From a virus, in the IMG/VR virus record IMGVR_UViG_3300012582_000001, positions 1 to 49,357 of that record: 49,357 bases of DNA. One strand, written 5' to 3'. This document shows, piece by piece, positions 6,245 through 14,380 of this stretch; position 1 is the stretch's first letter, and the number at the start of each line of letters is the position of its first letter. A model generated the notes under the pieces. The model made no database searches, had not been told where the DNA came from, and saw only the letters and a program-made list of their open reading frames with translations. The position numbers and the translations under genes were made by a program.

Positions 6245-7585
6245 TTGAAAACTAATCAAAAAATTATGGAATTGGTAGAATTTAAAAAGGATAAAATAGA
6301 TAGATTTGCTCACTCAAATAAATTGATTGAGGCTAGATACCAATTGACTCTACCTGAGCAGAGGCTTGTATTAACAATGGTGGCAATGGTAACTCCAAAT
6401 GATGCAGATTTCAAAGAATATAAAATTGATATTAGAGAGTTTGCCGGCTTCTTTGGAATCAAGGGAGATTCGATAATTGCCAATGTAAAAAAAGCGGCAA
6501 AATCCTTAATCGAGAAGGCCATCATAATCAAAGACGAGCAAAAAACCTTATATCTAAATTGGATTTCCTCCGCTGAGTTCCCAGAAGGCAAATCTTATGT
6601 TGCTCTATGCTTCGATCCTAAGTTAAAGCCTTATCTGCTACATCTCAAAGAGCAATATACATTTCTTGAAAATAAGCATTTAGTAAATCTACGGAGCGTA
6701 TATTCAATTAGAATCTATATGCTTTTAAAGCAGTATTTAAAGTTTGGGAAGAGGACATTTGAGATTGATACATTAAGGGAGATGCTAGGCATCAAACCAA
6801 GCGAATACCCTCGCCTCTATGATTTAAAAGTGAATGTTTTAAGTAAGGCAGAAGTCGATATTAACGGCAAAACTGATTTACAAGTTAGTTATGTGGATGG
6901 AAAGAAAAAGGGCAAGAAAGTATTGGAGATAATTTTTACTATCAACGAGAAGAAAGGAATCGAGGGCAATAATAATAAGGATCAAGAAGAAGAAAAGGAC
7001 TCTGACACTAGCGAAGTAGGAAGTTCAGTTGGAAAAAAAGAAGGCAAAGCCAGTAAAAAGGTGGATCCAGAATATCTACAAAGTCAGTTTGAAAAGTTTT
7101 GGGTTTTATACCCAAAAAAACAAGCGAAAGAAAATGCTAGAAAGGCGTTTATTAAACTAATGAGCGAAAATCCAGAAGTTTTTGATTTGATTATCAATGG
7201 ATTAAAGAATTATAACTCACACATAGCAGAACAGATTACCAAGAATTCCGATTGGGATTTCGTAGCGCTTCCGACAACTTGGCTAAATGGTAAAAGATTT
7301 TATGATGAATACAGCATAAAAAAAGAAAATAGAGAAACTGCGCGGAAGGTTGATAATGATCAAAAGGCTGCGATTAAAGGATTGGCAGTAAAAATAAAAA
7401 ATAGTTTTGAATTTAAGCAATTCCCGGAAAAATATAACTGGGATGATTTTAAGGATTTAAATTTTAAATATGTTATTGGTAACCGCTATTTGGTTGAATG
7501 TAATTCTGAAATCGCAGATAAATTAAAGTCTAAATACTCTGACATTTTAGAAAAACATAATATAGAACTTTCTTTAAATAATTAA
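6245..7585 (+). CDS. rep: Rep_3-family (RepB/RepA/pi-like) iteron-binding replication initiator with an extra C-terminal domain
   Basis: The N-terminal pattern FAHSNKLIEARYQLTLPEQRLVLTMVAMV...YKIDIREF is characteristic of Rep_3 plasmid initiators. Iterons lie upstream. The track start is TTG and the first ATG is at 6266. The C-terminal FEKFWVLYPKKQAKENARKAF resembles a motif I recall from phage replication proteins. Confidence 0.8.
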   Translation: MKTNQKIMELVEFKKDKIDRFAHSNKLIEARYQLTLPEQRLVLTMVAMVTPNDADFKEYKIDIREFAGFFGIKGDSIIANVKKAAKSLIEKAIIIKDEQKTLYLNWISSAEFPEGKSYVALCFDPKLKPYLLHLKEQYTFLENKHLVNLRSVYSIRIYMLLKQYLKFGKRTFEIDTLREMLGIKPSEYPRLYDLKVNVLSKAEVDINGKTDLQVSYVDGKKKGKKVLEIIFTINEKKGIEGNNNKDQEEEKDSDTSEVGSSVGKKEGKASKKVDPEYLQSQFEKFWVLYPKKQAKENARKAFIKLMSENPEVFDLIINGLKNYNSHIAEQITKNSDWDFVALPTTWLNGKRFYDEYSIKKENRETARKVDNDQKAAIKGLAVKIKNSFEFKQFPEKYNWDDFKDLNFKYVIGNRYLVECNSEIADKLKSKYSDILEKHNIELSLNN

Positions 7586-7652
7586 ACTATGTTAATAATC
7601 GGCTTTCTTCTCGGAGTGATAACAACAATTTTAACCCTAATTTTGCTGAAAG

Positions 7653-8678
7653 ATGAAAAATTCTAATCAGATTTACATTTTTCAATTGATTAGGGCCACA
7701 GCTTGCATATTAGTTTGCATCGCCCACATTTTTATCACCAAAAAACAAAATGAATTTTTAGGCTCAAATTTCATCGCATTAGGTCAAATCGGTGTTGGAA
7801 TGTTCTTTTTCATCAGCGGATATTTAATCATGAAGTCTCTGAATAGCCACGAATTGAGATCATTTGTTATTCATAGATTTTTGAGGATTTACCCGGTTTT
7901 TTGTTTTGTTAGCTTAATTGCTATGGGCATCAGTTTAGCAACGCACAATTCTGGATGTCCGGGCTTTGGTAGAGCAACCGCATTAGCTCAATTGCTTTTA
8001 GTGTCAGATATTTTCAATAAATGTTATTTTTTAACAGTTCAGTGGACATTATTCATTGAAGCAAAATTCTATATCTTGGCCGCCCTAGCCTTCTATTTTT
8101 CTGGCGGCAATGTTAAGAAATTCTTAAGTTTGTTTTATGGTTTGGTTTTTGTTTCTTATTGTCTTTTGTGCTTGAGAACAGGTCAGCAAGTGCCGATAGC
8201 AACTGATATGGGCGGTATTATGTTTATTTCGCTTGGGGTGCTGTTTTATTTAAAAGAAAAGAATCAGTTAGCTTATGAGGATTGGTATTCGCTGAATATT
8301 TTTGTGATGTTATTTGGAGTTTTGATGTTTTTTAACTTTACAACTTCGGATTTAAGATTGCTTCAGAGTGGCAATTTTATTATTGGCTATTTGTTATGCT
8401 TGGGATTATTGACTAAAAACTTTAAAAGTAACCGCGTTGTTAATTTTTTTGCTGATATATCTTTTCCGCTTTATCTAATTCACTATCTTGGATTAAAACT
8501 TGATGATTTTAGTTTGATTGAAAGGACCTTTATATTTTCAATTATGGTTTTGGTTTCCTGGTTGATTCATGTTTTAGTTGAAAAGCCAGCTATCGTATTT
8601 TCTAAATCGGTTACATTACAGTTACATAAGCCAAGCTTTGTAAATAAAGGTCTGAAGGCAAGTAGTCACAATTTTTGA
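7653..8678 (+). CDS. Integral-membrane acyltransferase (Acyltransferase_3 / OafA-like)
   Basis: 341 aa with about 10 hydrophobic segments. The N-terminus IFQLIRATACILVCIAHIF, followed by GVGMFFFISGYLI, matches the family pattern (LRG.A...V...H ... FF.iSGf). Confidence 0.6.
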   Translation: MKNSNQIYIFQLIRATACILVCIAHIFITKKQNEFLGSNFIALGQIGVGMFFFISGYLIMKSLNSHELRSFVIHRFLRIYPVFCFVSLIAMGISLATHNSGCPGFGRATALAQLLLVSDIFNKCYFLTVQWTLFIEAKFYILAALAFYFSGGNVKKFLSLFYGLVFVSYCLLCLRTGQQVPIATDMGGIMFISLGVLFYLKEKNQLAYEDWYSLNIFVMLFGVLMFFNFTTSDLRLLQSGNFIIGYLLCLGLLTKNFKSNRVVNFFADISFPLYLIHYLGLKLDDFSLIERTFIFSIMVLVSWLIHVLVEKPAIVFSKSVTLQLHKPSFVNKGLKASSHNF

Positions 8679-8707
8679 CCATCTAAAAATACATTGGAAT
8701 TATTTTA

Positions 8708-8736
8708 TTGACTTTTAGAAATATATATTTCTAAAT
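8708..8736 (+). promoter_or_regulatory. Candidate par-operon promoter with an 18-bp palindromic operator (tagaaatatatatttcta, 8716..8733)
   Basis: TTGACT at 8708..8713 and CTAAAT at 8731..8736. The palindrome fills the spacer. Confidence 0.35.
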
Positions 8737-8774
8737 TTATATGTTATTTTATTTATAAATTTCTATATTGCCAA

Positions 8775-8984
8775 ATGAAAAAAGCGAAAGCAAAGAGACA
8801 TGCAGTAACTATGCGACTTACAGAAACGGCAATTGATGCAATTTCGGGGTTGGTTTCCAAAGTAACCGAAATCAAAAGAAGCAAAGGGGATTACAGTGAA
8901 GTACAAAAGCAAGAAATTGCCGATGATTGTATTATTCTTGGAGCCGAAGTTCTTGAAAAACAATTAGAACAAAAGACAAAATAA
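8775..8984 (+). CDS. Small ribbon-helix-helix-like protein upstream of parA
   Basis: 69 aa. The N-terminus KRHAVTMRLTETAIDAI fits an RHH beta-strand plus helix. Confidence 0.4.
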   Translation: MKKAKAKRHAVTMRLTETAIDAISGLVSKVTEIKRSKGDYSEVQKQEIADDCIILGAEVLEKQLEQKTK

Positions 8985-8987
8985 AGC

Positions 8988-9665
8988 ATGGGAAATTTTG
9001 TTGTAGCCGTTATTGCTGATAAGGGTGGTGTAGGAAAGACTACAAATGGTTTAAATCTGCTGCGTAGAGTGTTAAATGATGAGCCATCTGCTGCACTGAT
9101 TGATTGTGACAATGACCAGTATAGTTCTGCTAAAATAGCTGCACTTAGAAAAGAAAATGGTATTATGCCAGAATTAAATGTTTTGAATATGTCTTCTAAA
9201 TACTTGGAAAAGAATATTTTAAGTATAAGCAAAAAGTACAAAGTCATCATCATTGAGTTTGGCAAAGCTATTGGAGATATGGAGGAAAAAGAAAGAACGA
9301 GAGCTATAAAATTAGCCGTCAAGGTGGCAGATAAAATTATTATGCCTATTCAGCCTACTCGCTTGGATACAGACACGATTGACCAGATAGAGCAAAAGCT
9401 AATTTCTTTGAAAAGTGATAATGTTCCGGCTTTAATAGTGCCAAGCCGCGTGATGAGTAAAAAGCAATTAAAATGCTTACTCAATGCTGAATTTTCACTA
9501 AATTACTTTACAATTTCCAAATCCTATATTTGGAATAGATTGTGCTACCAGGAAGTGCACGATGATGGGAGGACAATTTTTGACATTATAAAACCTACAA
9601 CTAAATCGGTTAAATCGGCCATTCAGGAATCAGAACAACTTTATCAGGAAATTTTTTATGACTAG
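8988..9665 (+). CDS. parA: ParA/Soj-family partition ATPase (small, type Ib-like)
   Basis: Deviant Walker A ADKGGVGKTT at the N-terminus. 225 aa. Followed by a small overlapping ORF. Confidence 0.8.
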   Translation: MGNFVVAVIADKGGVGKTTNGLNLLRRVLNDEPSAALIDCDNDQYSSAKIAALRKENGIMPELNVLNMSSKYLEKNILSISKKYKVIIIEFGKAIGDMEEKERTRAIKLAVKVADKIIMPIQPTRLDTDTIDQIEQKLISLKSDNVPALIVPSRVMSKKQLKCLLNAEFSLNYFTISKSYIWNRLCYQEVHDDGRTIFDIIKPTTKSVKSAIQESEQLYQEIFYD

Positions 9666-10002
9666 AAAAGCATTTTCTATTAGAAATAAAAGCGTTGAAC
9701 AAAAATTAAATGAAATACAAGAAGGGACCTCGACACAAGAAGAAGTTGAGGTACAGCCTTTTTTACCAATAGAATCAAGAAAAACTAAAACCCAATCATC
9801 CGTGGTCGAGAAGTTAAATCAAACTGTAAAGAAATATAAAAGAATTGGTTTTGATATAGATGCTGATATTGACAATGCAGTTGAATATCTCGTAGATAAT
9901 GATTTAAAAGATCTTACTACTAAAAAGGAAATCTTAAATGAAGTTATTGCTATTGGCTGGCCTATCTGGAAAAGACAATTACAAGATTCTGCAAAAAAAT
10001 AA
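9658..10002 (+). CDS. Putative partition adaptor / centromere-binding protein (ParB/ParG position)
   Basis: 114 aa. Overlaps parA by 8 nt. Called by position only. Confidence 0.3.
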   Translation: MTRKAFSIRNKSVEQKLNEIQEGTSTQEEVEVQPFLPIESRKTKTQSSVVEKLNQTVKKYKRIGFDIDADIDNAVEYLVDNDLKDLTTKKEILNEVIAIGWPIWKRQLQDSAKK

Positions 10003-10021
10003 AAAAAGATTAATTTAACTG

Positions 10022-10050
10022 TTGACTTTCTAGAAATATAGAAATATAAT
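10022..10050 (+). promoter_or_regulatory. Strong sigma70-type promoter TTGACT-17-TATAAT with tandem agaaatat boxes in the spacer
   Basis: TTGACT at 10022..10027 and TATAAT at 10045..10050. ttgactttctagaaatata echoes the site at 8708. Confidence 0.5.
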
Positions 10051-10096
10051 CATATATATTATCATTTAGGTAACTCAAATAATTACTAAGGTATAT

Positions 10097-10402
10097 ATGA
10101 TTATATTAAATAAACTTCCATATATCGGAACAAAAAAGGGGATATTAAAAACACTAAAAGAAACAGCAAACGAACTCCTTGCTGAAATAGAAGAATGTAA
10201 TCTATCAAAAGAAGATACAGAATATTTAATGAAATATAAAAGTGAAATTAAAGACATTAACCAAATTGAAGATATAGAAAATTTAATAACTGATATTGAT
10301 AGTGATAAAAGATTTTACTTAAAAAGGAACGAAGAAGTTCAGTTAGAATATAGAGGATATCCGGAAGATGATTATTCTGATGGAGTTTATAACAAAGTTT
10401 AA
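10097..10402 (+). CDS. Acidic hypothetical protein
   Basis: 101-aa ORF preceded by a TAAGG Shine-Dalgarno. Confidence 0.55.
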   Translation: MIILNKLPYIGTKKGILKTLKETANELLAEIEECNLSKEDTEYLMKYKSEIKDINQIEDIENLITDIDSDKRFYLKRNEEVQLEYRGYPEDDYSDGVYNKV

Positions 10403-10438
10403 TTTTACCTTTTATTAACAAATCATTTTGTAACGAAT

Positions 10439-11404
10439 ATGAGTCTAATAACAAAACCATCAGAACTAAAATCTAATCTAGTGTTAAAAGGATTAATTTA
10501 TGGCCAGCCTGGTATAGGAAAAACCACTTTAGCACTTTCAGCATCCAACCCTCTATTAATTGACTTTGATAAAGGACTTCACAGAGTAGCACCAGCTTAT
10601 CGTAGAGATAGCTTGCAAGTTGAAAATTATAAGCAAGTATTGGAGCTATTAAACAGTGAGGAAATCCAAGATTACAACACAATCATTGTTGATACTCTTG
10701 GAGAATTGATTGATAAGGTTTCTGATTATGTTGCTGAATTAAATCCAAAAACAAGACAAGGAGATGGTCAGCTCTCACAGAAAGGTTGGGGAGCAGTAAA
10801 AGGGCAGTTTTTAAGTTTAATGAGACTTTTAAGCAGTAAAAATAAATCCCTCATTTTTGTTGCTCATGAAACCGAAGAAAAAGACGGCGATAATACCAAG
10901 AAGCGCCCAGATTGCGCTGGTTCTGCTAGAAAAGATATTGTCAAAAAATTAGATTTTATGGGCTATATGTCAATGGCTGGAAACAAAAGAGTAATTGATT
11001 TTTCCCCAACAGATCAATATTACGCCAAAAATTCAATCGGATTGGAAGGGTCAATTGAAGTTTCCCAAATCAAAGGTGAAAACGATTTTTTAATTAAAAA
11101 TATTTTTGAAGCCAGCAAAAGAAGAATCAAAGAACAAACCGACTTAGCCGGCAAGTTTGAGAGCTTGAAGATTATAATTAATGATAGAATTGAGACTTTA
11201 AACACTTTGGAAGAAGTTAATTTTTATTACAAATCAGATTATCAAAAATTGCAAAGAGTGTGGTCCAGCTATGAATATGAGCAGGTCAAATTAACTGATA
11301 GGGTCAAAGAGCTTGGATTCGTATTTGATAAGAAGAAAAAAGAATTTCACGATCCAAGTTTAAAAATAGAAGAAGTTCAACCATTAGAATATTTACAAGC
11401 ATAA
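10439..11404 (+). CDS. AAA_24 / Sak4-like RecA-fold ATPase
   Basis: Walker A GQPGIGKTT close to the N-terminus and Walker B IIVDTLGEL. Sits in a phage recombination-module context. Confidence 0.6.
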   Translation: MSLITKPSELKSNLVLKGLIYGQPGIGKTTLALSASNPLLIDFDKGLHRVAPAYRRDSLQVENYKQVLELLNSEEIQDYNTIIVDTLGELIDKVSDYVAELNPKTRQGDGQLSQKGWGAVKGQFLSLMRLLSSKNKSLIFVAHETEEKDGDNTKKRPDCAGSARKDIVKKLDFMGYMSMAGNKRVIDFSPTDQYYAKNSIGLEGSIEVSQIKGENDFLIKNIFEASKRRIKEQTDLAGKFESLKIIINDRIETLNTLEEVNFYYKSDYQKLQRVWSSYEYEQVKLTDRVKELGFVFDKKKKEFHDPSLKIEEVQPLEYLQA

Positions 11405-11407
11405 TAT

Positions 11408-11989
11408 ATGAGAAATTACCTAATCACGCCAACGCTTTTGAATTCTTTCGCTTACTATATGTCCGAATATGGTAAGAGAGAGGATTTTTTAAAGACCTTA
11501 AGCAGAGAGCGGTTTGAGCCAAATGAAGCGATGCTGAAAGGTATTAGATTTGAGGAAGATATCAGATCTTATTGCGAAGGTGTTTCAGATAAAGAGGATA
11601 TCATAACAACTCAAATTGGTGATATCGTCAAGGGTGGAGTTTGGCAAGCAACAGTTTCTAAACCTATGGTTATTGCTGATACTGAATATTTGCTTTATGG
11701 AAAATGTGACGTTATTAAGGAAAACTTTATTTATGATATTAAGTTTACCGGTAATTATGATATCGGCAAATTTCAAAACTCAGTGCAGCATTTAATCTAT
11801 ATGTATTGCACTGAACTTGCAGATTTTGCATATTTAATCAGTGATGGCAAGGAATGGTGGAGAGAAGATTATAAAGCTAATGGCGATATCGAAAACGAGA
11901 TAAGAAGCCGTATAGCTGAATTCAGAGATTACTTATCTTTTGATAAGCCTGCTGAGGATTTGTTTTTAACTAATTGGGTGAGTAAATGA
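11408..11989 (+). CDS. PD-(D/E)XK (RecB/Cas4-like) nuclease
   Basis: GKCDVI ... IYDIKF (D...DxK) followed by VQHLIY (QxxxY), the RecB-family motif set. Confidence 0.55.
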   Translation: MRNYLITPTLLNSFAYYMSEYGKREDFLKTLSRERFEPNEAMLKGIRFEEDIRSYCEGVSDKEDIITTQIGDIVKGGVWQATVSKPMVIADTEYLLYGKCDVIKENFIYDIKFTGNYDIGKFQNSVQHLIYMYCTELADFAYLISDGKEWWREDYKANGDIENEIRSRIAEFRDYLSFDKPAEDLFLTNWVSK

Positions 11990-12432
11990 GCACAAATTTT
12001 ATCTTCAAACAAATAGATCGGAATAAAAATTGGGAAACCCAAACCAATTTGCTTAACAGAGCTGTTTTCGATGCCAAGAAACAGCATCTGAAAGATTTTG
12101 AAGTTGAGATAAGAGAGTTAAAGAAAAAGCGCAGTGGAAATCAATTGCGTGCTTATTGGGTCCTGATTAGGTCTGTAACTGATTGGATGAATGATAAAGG
12201 CAATCATTTCACAAATGAGCAAGTAAGTAATTGGATGAAAATTCAATCCGGTCATTGCACAGAAATTGAAGGGCAAGCAATCCCTGGATCAATTGCAAAC
12301 AAAAGTGATTGTAGCAGAGAGCAAATGGAAATTTTAATTAAAATTATTCTTGTTTTTGGGGCCGAAAACTTAATTAATGGTTGCCAGATTGAGGATAGAG
12401 ATTTAAAAGAATTGTTAAATTATTATGACTAA
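11986..12432 (+). CDS. NinB/Orf-like recombination mediator
   Basis: RSGNQLRAYWVLIRSVT and SREQMEILIKIILVFGAE parallel lambda NinB RSLDQNRKLWACLGDVS and VGEFAELLELIQAFGTE (from memory). Confidence 0.45.
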   Translation: MSTNFIFKQIDRNKNWETQTNLLNRAVFDAKKQHLKDFEVEIRELKKKRSGNQLRAYWVLIRSVTDWMNDKGNHFTNEQVSNWMKIQSGHCTEIEGQAIPGSIANKSDCSREQMEILIKIILVFGAENLINGCQIEDRDLKELLNYYD

Positions 12433-12483
12433 AGACCCAAAACAACTAGATTTAGAGGATTGGATTAACTTAACTTAAATTTT

Positions 12484-13086
12484 ATGACAAAAATAACAAA
12501 TAGATTCACTGGAAATGTAATAATTGAAGACGAAAAGTTAAGTCTTTATGAATTGATGGAAAAAGCTGTTGAACAGGGTGCTAACTTGGAGGGTGCTAAC
12601 TTGGAGGGTGCTAACTTGAAGGGCGCTAACTTGGAGGGTGCTAACTTGGAGGGCGCTAACTTGAAGGGCGCTGACTTGAAGGGCGCTAACTTGGAGGGTG
12701 CTAACTTGGAGGGTGCTAACTTGGAGGGCGCTAACTTGGAGGGCGCTAAAAATATTCCAAATTTTTGGCTAAATAATTGTAAGCGAGATGTTTTAAATGT
12801 TTTTCAATATTTACCTCAAGAAGTGCCAGCCCTAAGACAAAAAATAGTTGAAGGTAAAATTGATGGAACGCAATATGCTGGCAAATGTTGCTGTTTAATT
12901 GGAAGCCTTGGCAATGATAAAGCTGCAAGTTGTATCCCTTATTATGAAAAAGGCTTACATAATCCAGGTGAGCAGCTTTTTTGGCAAATAAGAGAAGGTG
13001 ATACGCCAGAAACTAATCACTTTAGTAAAATTGCTTTAGATTTATGCGATGAGTTTTTGGAGAAATTAAATAAGCGGCCAGCTTGA
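12484..13086 (+). CDS. Pentapeptide-repeat protein with a Cys-containing C-terminal domain
   Basis: Eleven consecutive G-A-(N/D)-L-(E/K) pentapeptides ([21 protein letters not shown]...), then about 120 aa of non-repeat sequence. Confidence 0.85.
   Translation: MTKITNRFTGNVIIEDEKLSLYELMEKAVEQGANLEGANLEGANLKGANLEGANLEGANLKGADLKGANLEGANLEGANLEGANLEGAKNIPNFWLNNCKRDVLNVFQYLPQEVPALRQKIVEGKIDGTQYAGKCCCLIGSLGNDKAASCIPYYEKGLHNPGEQLFWQIREGDTPETNHFSKIALDLCDEFLEKLNKRPA
12577..12749 (+). repeat. 15-bp tandem repeat gg(t/c)gct(a/g)acttg(g/a)ag, 11 full copies plus a partial
   Basis: Units start every 15 nt from 12577 to 12727. Variation is limited to 3 positions. This is the coding DNA of the pentapeptide tract. 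Confidence 0.9.
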
Positions 13087-13093
13087 ATCTGAT

Positions 13094-13264
13094 ATGTTTG
13101 GCATTGCTAAAGCTTGGGGTTGGTGGAACCAAAACAAGCCATCCAACGGATATATAGAAGAAAAGAAAGAAAAAAAGGAAGAAAAGCCGCCGGAGATCAG
13201 AAGGATAACGATTACACAAGAAATGATAACGAATTTTATTAATTTGATTAAGAGGAAAAGATAA
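13094..13264 (+). CDS. Possible 56-aa protein
   Basis: Hand-translated (MFGIAKAWGWWNQNKPSNGYIEEKKEKKEEKPPEIRRITITQEMITNFINLIKRKR). Its stop overlaps the ssb ATG (TAATG). Confidence 0.4.
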   Translation: MFGIAKAWGWWNQNKPSNGYIEEKKEKKEEKPPEIRRITITQEMITNFINLIKRKR

Positions 13265-13689
13265 TGTTGAATCGTGCCAGTTTGATCGGGAATGTTGGCC
13301 AAGATCCAGAGATAAAATCAACAGGAGATGGCAGAGAGATAGCTTTACTAAGTCTAGCAACCTCCGAATCATGGAAGGATAAAAAAACTGGCGAGAAAAA
13401 AGAAATTACAGATTGGTTCAAAATAGTAATCTATCAGCCAAATTTAATTAATTTGTGCCGGAATTACATTAAAAAGGGCTCTAAATTATATGTAGAAGGC
13501 AAAATCAAGACTCGTAGCTACGAAAAAAATGGAGTTAAGCATTATATTACTGAAATCATTTTAGATTTTGATGGGAAGATTTTGTTGATAGATAGCAAAC
13601 AAGCTGAGCCTGCAAGAGCTTTTTCAGAGCCGAAAGAGCCAGAGAATAATTTTAACAATAATCTTGGCGATGAGGACTGCCCTTTTTAA
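13264..13689 (+). CDS. ssb: Single-stranded DNA-binding protein
   Basis: OB-fold N-terminus MLNRASLIGNVGQDPE...ATSESWKDKKTGEKKEITDWFKIV...GSKLYVEGKIKTRSY and an acidic tail ending DEDCPF. Confidence 0.9.
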   Translation: MLNRASLIGNVGQDPEIKSTGDGREIALLSLATSESWKDKKTGEKKEITDWFKIVIYQPNLINLCRNYIKKGSKLYVEGKIKTRSYEKNGVKHYITEIILDFDGKILLIDSKQAEPARAFSEPKEPENNFNNNLGDEDCPF

Positions 13690-14171
13690 TGAAACAGTAT
13701 AAACCTAGAAAAAAAATTGGCATAGGCTTTGAAGGCGAAATCCACAAACAGTTTGGCGCTTTAATGCGAAAATATGAAGCATTAAATAGGCTTGATTGTG
13801 TATTTTGGAGTTATAGTGGATCAGGAGAAAGAAGGACCTTATCAACCGGAAGTCTTTTAAAGGCAAAAGGATTAAAACCAGGGCAGCCGGATTATCATTT
13901 TATCAAAAGAAAGGCAATGCCAGGTGTTACTATAAATGGCAAGATACTTTATATGCCAAATGGCAACGAACCAAATATAGATATAGATTATTATATTTAC
14001 CTAGAATTTAAAAAACCCAAAACAAGTACAGCAAAAGGTTGTCAATCAGAAAGCCAAAGGGATTTTGAAGCCAGGTTCAGAAATTCGATAAATAGCTGTT
14101 ATTATGTCGTTTACAGCATTGACCAAGCTTTGAAAGTCTTAGAGAAAGAAGAGATTTTATTAACCAAATGA
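13689..14171 (+). CDS. VRR-NUC domain nuclease
   Basis: GQPDYHFI ... IYLEFKKPK ... SESQRDF fits the PD...ExK...Q pattern of VRR-NUC. Confidence 0.5.
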   Translation: MKQYKPRKKIGIGFEGEIHKQFGALMRKYEALNRLDCVFWSYSGSGERRTLSTGSLLKAKGLKPGQPDYHFIKRKAMPGVTINGKILYMPNGNEPNIDIDYYIYLEFKKPKTSTAKGCQSESQRDFEARFRNSINSCYYVVYSIDQALKVLEKEEILLTK

Positions 14172-14365
14172 ATTGCCTACACTGCCAAACTGAATTTATT
14201 AAAAGCAGATTCCATCCGCATCAAAAATTTTGCAATGCGAAATGCAGAAAAGAGGATATGCTTACCAGAAGAGGAGAGCAATTAAAAGAGTGGCAGAGGG
14301 ATTATTATAGAAGGAATAGGCAGAAACTTTTGGAATATAACAAGAGATATAAAAAGGATTATTAA
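14168..14365 (+). CDS. Small zinc-ribbon-like protein
   Basis: CLHC...FCNAKC cysteine pairs and a basic C-terminus. Confidence 0.5.
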   Translation: MNCLHCQTEFIKSRFHPHQKFCNAKCRKEDMLTRRGEQLKEWQRDYYRRNRQKLLEYNKRYKKDY

Positions 14366-14380
14366 CTAATTAAGGAAAAT

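Noticed and set aside
8763-9322. Minus-strand ORFs 8763..8963 and 8891..9322, antisense to the RHH and parA genes
   Set aside because: The plus-strand frames carry clear RHH-like and Walker-A motifs. The antisense ORFs are hydrophobic, low-complexity shadows.
12577-12749. Regular 15-bp repeats considered as a possible CRISPR or minisatellite
   Set aside because: There are no spacers and the repeats are contiguous, in frame and encode canonical pentapeptide repeats. This is coding tandem DNA, not a CRISPR array.
13022-13372. Minus-strand ORFs 13022..13372 and 13066..13302 crossing the pentapeptide/ssb junction
   Set aside because: They are low-complexity (FFFLFF) translations of the purine-rich plus strand. 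They conflict with ssb and with a well-coupled small plus-strand ORF.
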